Shown here piece after piece: positions 1 through 8,200 of a DNA stretch of 8,912 nt. Made by a program: the position numbers and the translations under genes. Source of the stretch: an uncultured bacterium (GTDB lineage Bacteria > Auribacterota > JACPWU01); the NCBI GenBank assembly GCA_964640155.1, contig CAZXEQ010000006.1, positions 1 through 8,912 of the forward strand, read 5' to 3'. Positions within the stretch are counted from its first letter, which is position 1, and each line of letters begins with the position of its first letter. Below the pieces are notes generated by a model. It was not told the origin of the DNA, ran no database searches, and was given only the letters and a program-made list of their open reading frames with translations.

Positions 1-1793
1 TTAGCAATTTCTCCGTACTTGCATCCTCCGTAACTTTGTCTGTTTCACCTTTGAGTCGAACCGTTACAGCAGGTAAAAGTACAACTTATACGATCACGCT
101 CACTCGAAGGAATTTTACAGGAGGCATTACATTAGGAGTAGCTGGCCTTGGAGATGGAGTCAGTGCATCATTCAATCCTGCAGGAGTAAACACCACCAAT
201 AAATCCATTATGACTCTTAGCAGCACACTCGCCGCTGCTACAGGAGCTAAAACACTCACCATTAATGGAACAGCCATAGGACTTACCATCACTCCTATCA
301 CTGTTACACTCACGGTAAATGAAGACAAGGCCGATGCGGATGCAGATGGATTGGGAAATAGCAAAGAAGCTATTTTGGGAACAGACCCTAATAATGCTGA
401 TACGGACGGTGATTCAATGATAGATTCAAATGAAGTCGCTGGAAACACTGACCCTCTTGATTCAACTTCCTCCAGCGCCTATCTCTTTAAAGATGATTTT
501 AATGATGGAGATACAGTTGGATGGAATAACAGCGGCGCAAACACGGTTAACTGGAATGTCAATAATGGAGCTCTCACCAGTAATCCTATTGCAACAGGAT
601 ATTCGTTTTTTGCTCCTGTAGATTTAGATGTTTCAGCCGTGCCCAAAATTGCTGTGAGCTATGATGTCACTTTCAGCACAGATAGCGATGGATGGGGTGG
701 TTTGTGGTTCAAAGGAATTCATATTGATATCAATGCTAATCGTAGTGGAGTCAGAGACGGAAGTTTTGAGGGATACAGTGGAACGTATCAATGGTACAGC
801 GGCATGAGCAAGGGAGTAAAGCATCACGTGTTATTATTAGTTAGAAAAGCAAGTCCTTATCACCTTGCTGATTTATACATTGATGCGAAACTTATATTCA
901 AGAATGAGCCCATTGAAGTAAGCGCATTTCCAAACACAACCATTGGCTTTTCATCCAACAATGAATTTGGAAAAATGACATGTGATAACCTTGCTATTTA
1001 TCCTAATCCAGATCCTTTACTTTTCCCTTTCAATGATAACTTTGATGAACAAGAGTATGGATTATGGGTTGCTAGTGGAAGTAGTACTATGACATGGGAA
1101 TTTTCAAATGGAGAACTTAAGAGCAATATCACAAGCAATGGGTATGCTTATCTTAAACATGCTTTGTTGGATATTTCGAACAAAGATGTCATCATGGAGT
1201 TTGATATAAACCCACAAACATGGGGTGGTGTTTCATTTCGGGGAGTCAACTGCGACTTGAATGGGACAAGAATTGGATGGAGAGACAGTTCCACACAATG
1301 GTATCCCAGAATGACAGCCGGAACAAAACATCATGTCATTTTGATGATACAGAAAAGTACACCTTACAATCTCTCCCATCTCTATGTTGATGGGAGTTTA
1401 GTCTTTTCAAATGAACCGATCGAGGTTAATAGTTTCCCGGATAAAACATTAGGGTTCATGTCTAATTACAATCCTGGAAGCAATCTCTATGATAATGCAA
1501 CTTTTATAGCCGTAGATCCTGGCAACAATTTTGCTCCTATTCTAAATCCGGTTGGAAATAAAAGTGTGGCTGCAAATGCTTCGCTTACATTCCAAGTTCA
1601 AGCTTTTGACCCCAACAATGATACCCTGACCTACACAGCAACGAATTTACCTTCTGGGGCAAATCTTGATTTTAATACAGGAACATTCACATGGACTCCT
1701 CTAGAATCTGATCAAGGGATTCATACAATAACCATTGAATCCAGTGATGGATCTTTAATCGATACAGAAACCATCAATCTTGTAGTCTCCTAA
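1..1793 (+). CDS. 3'-terminal part of a large secreted multidomain protein (5' end outside the window); paralog of the 2114..8290 product
   Basis: Reading frame 3 is open from nt 3 (SNFSVLASSVT-L-SVSPLSRT...) to TAA at 1791-1793. The track start at 36 is a TTG inside a domain. Residues before it (SNFSVLASS) align with the end of the second TIG domain of the giant protein (SNTNLTVTS). The rest aligns collinearly with giant-protein residues ~1083-1683, with roughly half or more positions identical by eye. Codon phase: first full codon at nt 3. Confidence 0.9.
   Translation, partial: SNFSVLASSVTLSVSPLSRTVTAGKSTTYTITLTRRNFTGGITLGVAGLGDGVSASFNPAGVNTTNKSIMTLSSTLAAATGAKTLTINGTAIGLTITPITVTLTVNEDKADADADGLGNSKEAILGTDPNNADTDGDSMIDSNEVAGNTDPLDSTSSSAYLFKDDFNDGDTVGWNNSGANTVNWNVNNGALTSNPIATGYSFFAPVDLDVSAVPKIAVSYDVTFSTDSDGWGGLWFKGIHIDINANRSGVRDGSFEGYSGTYQWYSGMSKGVKHHVLLLVRKASPYHLADLYIDAKLIFKNEPIEVSAFPNTTIGFSSNNEFGKMTCDNLAIYPNPDPLLFPFNDNFDEQEYGLWVASGSSTMTWEFSNGELKSNITSNGYAYLKHALLDISNKDVIMEFDINPQTWGGVSFRGVNCDLNGTRIGWRDSSTQWYPRMTAGTKHHVILMIQKSTPYNLSHLYVDGSLVFSNEPIEVNSFPDKTLGFMSNYNPGSNLYDNATFIAVDPGNNFAPILNPVGNKSVAANASLTFQVQAFDPNNDTLTYTATNLPSGANLDFNTGTFTWTPLESDQGIHTITIESSDGSLIDTETINLVVS
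30..320 (+). other. Ig-like beta-sandwich domain (bacterial Ig type, exact family unresolved) in gene 1
   Basis: VTLSVSPLSRTVTAGKSTTYTITLTRRNFTGGITLGVAGLGDG...LTITPITVTLTVN shows an alternating hydrophobic/Thr-Ser beta-strand pattern. It is homologous to 3710..4006 and 5360..5653. Confidence 0.5.
321..458 (+). other. Thrombospondin type-3-like Ca-binding repeats (DxDxDG loops)
   Basis: EDKADADADGLGNSKEAILGTDPNNADTDGDSMIDSNEVAGNTDPL has two DxDxDG(L/M)xxxxE...GT(D/N)P units. This is the bacterial TSP3-like repeat pattern. Confidence 0.65.
474..1001 (+). repeat. LamG/ConA-like jelly-roll module, copy U1 (protein-level repeat)
   Basis: SAYLFKDDFNDGDTVGW...DGWGGLWFKGIHIDINANRSGVRDGSFEGYSGTYQWY...KHHVLLLVRKASPYHLADLYIDAKLIFKNEPIEVSAFP...CDNLAIY. 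The WGG codons start at 693. Confidence 0.5.
1017..1505 (+). repeat. LamG/ConA-like jelly-roll module, copy U2 (variant lacking the FEG..G.Y loop)
   Basis: LLFPFNDNFDEQEYGLW...QTWGGVSFRGVNCDLNGTRIGWRDSSTQWY...KHHVILMIQKSTPYNLSHLYVDGSLVFSNEPIEVNSFP...LYDNATF. The WGG codons start at 1221. It is about 7 residues shorter than the other copies between WRD and HHV. Confidence 0.5.
1527..1790 (+). other. He_PIG / dystroglycan-type cadherin-like Ig domain
   Basis: NFAPILNPVGNKSVAANASLTFQVQAFDPNNDTLTYTATNLPSGANLDFNTGTFTWTPLESDQGIHTITIESSDGSLIDTETINLVV matches the hallmarks of the putative-Ig (He_PIG) family: AP.L......V.....L.F...A.DP..D.L.Y.A..LP.GA.L...TG.F.W.P...D.G.H.I. Confidence 0.65.
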
Positions 1794-1803
1794 GCCCCAC
1801 CCA

Positions 1804-1844
1804 AAAGCCTCTGCTCTGTTGAATGAGCAGAGGCTTTATTTTTT
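1804..1844 (+). terminator. Rho-independent terminator of gene 1
   Basis: A perfect 10-bp GC-rich stem pairs 1807-1816 (GCCTCTGCTC) with 1825-1834 (GAGCAGAGGC). Three A-T pairs extend it to 13 bp (1804-1816/1825-1837). The loop is 8 nt (TGTTGAAT), followed by TTTATTTTTT. It begins 11 nt after the stop codon. Confidence 0.85.
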
Positions 1845-1951
1845 AATCTACTTGATAAGTTTACTGGTTAAAAAAATTCGAAAATCATAAAAATATACTG
1901 TATCTATCTCAGTACAAGCATATTACATTTAGATAATAGAATTGTCCTTTT

Positions 1952-1980
1952 TTGACAAATCCATATTTTTATGGTAAATT
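1952..1980 (+). promoter_or_regulatory. Sigma70-type promoter candidate for the giant gene
   Basis: Consensus -35 TTGACA at 1952-1957, a 17-nt spacer, and an extended -10 TGgTAAATT (TG at 1972-1973, hexamer 1975-1980, 4/6 match to TATAAT). The predicted start is near 1987, giving a leader of about 125 nt. Confidence 0.5.
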
Positions 1981-2017
1981 ATAGATGAGTATACTTGTGT
2001 TTATTTTGAATAATTAA

Positions 2018-2113
2018 ACCGAAGAATAATGTAGCCCTTTGGGGGGGCTATGAAGCCGCTACGGGTAGGAAAAAATACCCATTCTCTTCGGTAATAATAA
2101 GGAAACGCGGCTG
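2018..2113 (+). promoter_or_regulatory. Candidate structured 5' leader RNA (riboswitch-like or translational control element, class unknown)
   Basis: Closing helix 2018-2025 (ACCGAAGA) / 2085-2092 (TCTTCGGT), 8 bp. Hairpin 2032-2037 (TAGCCC) / 2045-2050 (GGGCTA). Hairpin 2063-2067 (GGGTA) / 2076-2080 (TACCC). The junction strand 2054-2059 (AGCCGC) is complementary to 2107-2112 (GCGGCT), which lies between the SD and the ATG. Hand-counted GC is 46/96 here versus 37/167 in 1851-2017. Confidence 0.4.
2099..2105 (+). promoter_or_regulatory. Shine-Dalgarno sequence of the giant gene
   Basis: AAGGAAA sits about 9-10 nt upstream of ATG 2114. An in-frame TAG at 2066-2068 excludes a longer N-terminus, and ATG 2114 is the first ATG after it. 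Confidence 0.55.
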
Positions 2114-2239
2114 ATGAAATCCCCAGTTCAAAAAGCCTTTCGAGAACAACCCTCACTTAAAACATATAAAACCTATTTCAAAATTTTAATTCTCTCTTTA
2201 ATCTCTTTCATTTTATTTGATACTCCATTAGCTCAAGCA
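2114..2239 (+). other. Sec-type signal peptide (predicted cleavage AQA|AT after residue 42)
   Basis: MKSPVQKAFREQPSLKTYKTYFK-ILILSLISFILF-DTPLAQA|ATAYD has a long basic n-region, a 12-residue hydrophobic core and an AxA site. Confidence 0.7.
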
Positions 2240-5200
2240 GCCACCGCATATGACATTGGTTCCCCTACTCTTCAAGACATTTGGGTAGATCCAGTCAGTG
2301 GAAACAATAGCAACAGTGGTAATTCTCGTTCTCAACCACTTCAAACAGTTGCTGCTGCATGGGGGCGAATACCTGCAAACACAACCCTTAGTTCAACAGG
2401 TTATCGCATCCGACTCGTCGCAGGTAATTATTCAAGTGGTCTTCCTAATTATTGGGAATTAAGATACGGAACCTTTACTCGTCCCATTATTCTTCAAGCT
2501 GAAGATGGTGCTGGCACAGCCATTTTTTCTAATTTAAATATGGCCCATTGTAATTATGTTTATTTCATAGGAGTCAAATTTCAAACCAGTGGTGGAGATG
2601 TCGTTCACTTTGAAGCCTGTGATCATATCTTAATTCGTCAATGCCAAATTATTGGATCTATCACTGATTCTCAAGAAGGATTGAAAGTCAATCAAACCCG
2701 ATTTATGTATGTTGAAAATACCGATGTATACAATGCCTATGAAGATGCCATCGATTTTGTAGGAGTTCAAGATGGTCATGTCATCAATAACAAAATTCAT
2801 GATTCACGTAGTTGGTGCATGTATGTCAAAGGAGGTTCTGCTAACCTTTTAATCGATGGCAATGAATATTATAATTGCGGTAATGGTGGAAGCGATGGTG
2901 CATTTTTAGCAGGTCAGAGTTCCGGTTTTGAATTTATGTCATCACCTTGGATTCATTATGAAGCCTATGACATTAAATTTACCAATAACATCGTTCATGA
3001 TTCTTCAGGGCCCGGAATGGGAGTCAACGGTGGATATAATATTTTGATGGCATATAACACATTATACCGAGTAGGAACTTATGACCATGCAATTGAAGTC
3101 GTTCATGGGATGAGAACTTGCGATGGGAATACAAGCCAATGCACGAGCTATGGAAATGCTGGAGGTTGGGGACCGCGCACTGGAGGGGGTTCGACTGAAT
3201 CGATTCCCTGTAGAAATATCTACATATATAACAATATTGTTTATAATCCATCCGGTGTCCAAAGTCGCTGGTCCCATTTTGTCATTAATGGAGCTGTTAC
3301 ACCCCCATCGGGAATGAATATCCCTTCTCCTTCGAGAGCTGATAATAATGTAAGAATACGAGGCAATATCATTTGGAATGGCCCTACCAGCTTAGATTTA
3401 AATGGTGGAAGTGGATGTAATGACAGCAATTGTAGTGACTCTCAACTCGGAGCAGATAACAGAATAAATAATACAAGTGTAGGTGCTCCTCAATTTGTCG
3501 ATGCAGCTGCAGGAGATTTTAGACCCATCACCGGAAGCAATATTTATAGCGCAACAACTTATGCCATCCCTAATTTTTCAGGTGGTGATCAATATCAGCC
3601 TCCCCTTGCACCCGTTGGAAATTTAAATAATACGATCGCAACAGATCGTGCAGGAAGTAGTCGAACAAGTTCAGCCCCTCCTGGAGCCTATATCGGGTCT
3701 GGAACTGCTACACCTTCCGTAACACTTTCAAGCAATCCATCAACAAGAACCATCTCTGTTGGATCCAGCACTACTTATGACATCACTATTAATAGAACCA
3801 GTTTCACAGGATCTGTTGATTTATCTGTAAGCGGCTTACCAACCGGGGCCACATCAAATTTTAGTGCAGATCCTACAACGGGCACCAGTTCCACGCTCAC
3901 AGTTAACACTATTTCTAGCACTCCAACAGGATCAAACACTTTAACCATTGGAGCAACAGCCTCTGGAATCACTATCAGTTCAATCACTGTTATTCTTACT
4001 GTAAATAGTTCTACCCCTTCAGCCCCTACCATTTCTTCATTCAGTCCAACCAGTAGTGCTGTGAGTGCTTCTGTTATTATCACAGGAACAAATTTTACGG
4101 GAGCGAATGCCGTTACATTTAATGGAACATCTGCAAGTTACACCGTCAATTCTACGACACAGATTACAGCAACCGTTCCGAGTGGAGCTACGACAGGGGC
4201 TATTCGTGTAACAACCAGTGGAGGTACAGCAATAAGTTCTACAAGTTTTACGATTAGTGCTTCTAGTACCCCTACCCCTAGTGGTATGCCGATTATTCCC
4301 ACTATTGATTCTACGATGAAAGCTCGTCTGCGAACCATTTATCTTGAGGGTCAATCTTCAGGAAATAGATCAAGCGTATTCGCAAAAATCGGAGATAGCA
4401 TCACCGAGTCTGCTTCTTTCTTAAGCGACATTGGCTATGGTTGGGAAACTCTGGGAAGTTATAGTTCTCTTTCAACTACTATTTCTTATTTTCGATCTAC
4501 CACAGCGTTTGGTTCAGCCAATTCTTTCAATCGACCCAGTGCCTGTGCTACCGCAGGATGGAGCGCTGATTATGCCTCACTTTCAGGATATCTCTATTCA
4601 GGAATGGCGAGCAGTTGTCCTACTCCTTATAACACACCATTAAGATGTGAACTACATGCAACTCGACCTAGTTTTGCAATTATTATGTATGGAACCAATG
4701 ATTTGGAAAGATACAATGACTTAACTGCTTTTCAAAATAGCATTACTCAAATTGTAAATGAGACAATTAACGCAAATGTTATCCCTATATTAAGCACAAT
4801 TCCTCCACGTTTGGACAGTTTTGGATCTCGTGTTGCTAGTTATAATCAAGTCATTATTAACGTAGCGCAAACTCAACAGATTCCTCTTCTAAATTACTGG
4901 CGAGCTCTACAAGATTCTACAATGATTACACAAGGAGTTTCTGAAGATCAGGTACATCCCAATATCTATGTAAATAACGCAGACACACAAGGTGCTAACT
5001 TCACATCTCAAGCTTTACGCTATGGTTACAATCAACGCAATCTTACATTCATGCAGACTCTAGAAAAGTTGAGAAATATTATTATCAATGATGGCACTCC
5101 CGATGGAGGAAGCACAAGTCCAGCTCCAACTATTACAAGCTTCACGCCTGCCAGTGGAATAATTGGGACATCTATTGTCATCACAGGAACAAATTTTACA

Positions 5201-8200
5201 GGAGCAAGTGCTGTAACCATCAATGGAATAAACGCCACATATACAGTTAATTCAGCAACTCAAATTACAACCACGGTTCCAAATGGAGCAAGTACAGGAC
5301 TCGTACAGGTAACTACATCTGGAGGAACAGCAACAAGTAATACTAATCTTACTGTCACTTCAGTAAATTTATCGGTCAATCCTTCAACTCGTACCATCAC
5401 AGCAGGAGCAAGTACAACCTATACCATTAGCTTAAATAGAAGCAACTTCGCAGGGAGTGTATCATTAGCTATCACTGGACTTGGAAATGGAGCAACAGGC
5501 TCTTTCAATCCTACAGGTTCCAACACAACCAATAACTCTACTCTTACCATCAACACCATATTAATTGCTGCAACCGGCACACGTACATTGACTATTTCTG
5601 GAACAGCCAGTGGAATAACTATTCCCTCTATCACCATCAATTTAACAATCAATGAAGACGCAACAGATTCTGACGGTGATGGACTTGGAAGCAGTCAAGA
5701 AGCTACTTTAGGAACTGATCCGAATAATCCAGATACAGATGGAGACGGGATGAATGACTTATACGAAGTCGTTGCAGGAACCAATCCACTTAGCTCAAGT
5801 TCTGTCAGCGCTTATTTATTCAGTGATAATTTTAATGATGGCAACACTACGGGGTGGAATGTAAGCGGTACGACGACTGCAAACTGGAATGCATTAAGTG
5901 GGGCCTTGGTTGCAACCTCCAGTGGAAGTAGTTATTCATTTATTACACCTTCTTCATTAAATATCTCAGCCGTGAATAGTTTGGCCATTAGCTATGATAT
6001 CACTTTTAGTAATAGCAGTGATGGATGGGGTGGACTTTCGTTTAGAGGAGTTCATTGTGATATCAACGCCAATCGATCAGGATGGCGAGATGGATCTTTT
6101 GAAGGACTTCCTGGATCCTATCAATGGTTTTCTGGATTTAGCAAAGGGGTTAGACATCATGTTCTAATGTTGGTCCGCAAAGCAACCCCTTATTACTTAA
6201 CGGATTTATATGTAGACTCGAAACCTGTTTTTATAAATCAACCTATTGAAACGGCTGCCTTTCCAAATAACACCGTCGGCCTTGTATCAAATTACAATAC
6301 TGGCACAGTAACGTATGACAATTTTATCATTTATCCTAATCCTTCCCCCTTGCTCATACCATTCAGTGACAACTTTAATGCGAGTGAATATGGAAATTGG
6401 ATCAGTGTCATCAATCCCAATATCGCCTGGGATTTTTATGCCAATGCCTTAAGAGGAAGTGTTCACCCAAGTGTATCTGGTAGTGGTTATGGTCAACTCA
6501 AACAAGCACTGTTAGATGTTTCAAATCAAGATTTAACGATTGAATATGATTTGACTCTTCAGGGTCCTGATGCATGGGGTGGGTTTGTTTATCGAGGGGT
6601 GGGTTTGGATATTAACCTGGCGCGAATTGGGTGGCGGGATGGATCTTATGAAGGTCATCCAGGAACTTATCGTTGGTTCAGCGGAGTCAGTGCCAATGTA
6701 TCACATCATGTGATTCTAACCATATTCAGAAGTACTCCCTATCCTTTATCCAGACTTTATGTTGATGGAGTTTTAATTTTTAACAATGAACCCATCGAAG
6801 TCACAACTTACCCAGACAAAACCATTGGATTCATGTCCAATTTTTTTGTAGGAAATGCACTTTATGATAATTTTAGCACCACGACAGCAAGTGCCGGAAC
6901 AAATCTAGCTCCTGTACTCAATAGCATTGCCAGTCAAAGCGTGGTTGCAGGCCGTACTTTATCATTTCAAACCCAAGCCACAGATCCGAATGGAGACACT
7001 ATCTCTTACAGCGCAACAGGCCTACCTGCCGGAGCAAGTCTTAATCCATCAACAGGTATGTTTGCTTGGATAACTACGCTCACCGATGTAGGTGTTCATT
7101 CTATCACCGTGCAGGCTAGTGATGGATCTTTATCTGATACAGAAACAATAAGCGTCACTGTAACAGCCGCTCCTGATCCAGGTAGTAATCCAAGCATTCT
7201 CTACCAAGAGAATTTTGATAGCTCTAGTTTACCTACAGGCTGGGTAGAGTCTGGATCAGCCTCAACTGTAGACTGGACAATTATGAGTAACACTTTACGC
7301 TGCCAAGTGAATGGGGGTAGCGGAGGCTATGCTATGTTGGATAATACCAGTTTAAATCTGGCAAGTCGCAGCAGCATCGCCATCGAATACGATGTTAATT
7401 TTTCTAATACCGATGGTTGGGGTGGTTTTCGTTATAGAGGTATTACCTGCGATATTAATCCCAATCGTGTTGGATGGAGAGATGGCTCTTTTGAAGGACT
7501 CCCTGGATCTTATCGATTTTTTCCTGCCCTCACAAGAAATGTTAATCATCATGTTATTCTGTTTATCAAACAAAATAGTCCTTACACAACCAGCGATCTA
7601 TACGTTGATGGAAAACCTGTATTTATAAATGAACCTATTGAAACAACAAGTTTTCCAAATACTGGAATTGGATTTTTGTCCCACTATAATGCAGGAGGCT
7701 CGTACAATATTGACAATATCCTCATAAAAGACATAACACAATTAGCTCCATCAGGACTCGTGTCCGCAAGTTATGATTTTTCAAGCAATTTAAATCCATG
7801 GATTACTTCAGGAAATACCACGAATGTAAATTTTGTAATCGCAGCCGGACAACTTGTAGCAACTGTTATTGGCACAGGTGGCTATAGCTTTTTCTATCCT
7901 TATGATCTGTATGTTTCATCAAGAACCATTACTGTCGATTATGATGTTACTTTTTCTAATTCAAACGATGGATGGGGTGGATTTCTTTATCGTGGGATTC
8001 ACATGGATATATGCCCCAATCGTTATGGGGTAAGAGATGGTTTATTTGAGGGATATTCCGGAACCTATCAATGGTACACAAGTAGTATGAGTAAAGGATC
8101 AAGCCATCATGTACACCTTACATTTACGCCCTCTTCCCCTTATGTCTTAGCTAATTTAGCAATTGATGGTTCATCTATTTTTACAAACGAACCCATTCAA

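Noticed and set aside
36-38. Start codon of the first ORF as given in the track (M at nt 36)
   Set aside because: The codon is TTG. The frame is open upstream to nt 3. The upstream residues and the TTG-encoded Leu align inside the TIG/Ig junction of the paralogous giant protein. This is a window-edge artefact, not a real start.
1866-2020. Imperfect inverted repeat (GGTTAAAAAAATTCGAAAAT at 1866-1885 versus TTATTTTGAATAATTAAACC at 2001-2020) bracketing the promoter, as in invertible promoter switches
   Set aside because: About 16 of 20 positions match, and only with gaps. The arms are almost pure A/T in an A/T-rich spacer. No recombinase gene is in the window, and the right arm overlaps the leader helix. 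This is not distinguishable from chance.
2063-2069. GGGTAGG resembling the GGTAG core of the ops/RfaH-recruitment element
   Set aside because: Only a 5-nt core matches, and the full GGCGGTAGnnTG consensus is absent. The segment is better explained as the 5' arm of a leader hairpin.
1985-2094. Mini-ORFs in the leader: MSILVFILNN (1985..2017) and MKPLRVGKNTHSLR (2050..2094)
   Set aside because: The first starts essentially at the predicted transcription start with no SD. For the second, the only purine-rich stretch (the G7 run) ends just 2 nt before its ATG. With no supporting signal, they are most likely chance ORFs.
2018-2113. Assignment of the leader to c-di-GMP-I (GEMM-I) or another known riboswitch class
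   Set aside because: The topology (one closing helix around two hairpins) and a GGG...AAGCC stretch loosely recall GEMM-I. However, the hairpins are far too short. The GGCAAA and ACGCAAAGC conserved cores and the tetraloop/receptor are absent. I also saw no match to the fluoride, preQ1, ZTP, guanidine or SAM consensus as I remember them. I left it as class unknown.
2111-2117. CUGAUGA, the hammerhead-ribozyme core heptamer, overlapping the start codon
   Set aside because: I found no flanking stem II hairpin followed by GAAA, and no stem I/III pairing. A 7-mer match is expected by chance.
86-5652. Minus-strand ORFs of 62-120 aa (86..448, 633..827, 3024..3251, 3062..3277, 3241..3429, 3775..4083, 4037..4354, 4138..4338, 5032..5238, 5419..5652, and also 7352..7573)
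   Set aside because: All lie entirely antisense to the long, motif-rich + strand ORFs. Their translations are low-complexity (V/I/P/L- or R/C-rich mirror images of Thr/Ser/Asn/Gly codons), and they have no SD or recognisable motifs. They are typical shadow ORFs.
430-7628. Short + strand ORFs in alternative frames (430..621, 3123..3317, 4431..4643, 7392..7628)
   Set aside because: They are out-of-frame overlaps inside well-supported coding regions. They have no domain motifs or ribosome-binding sites.
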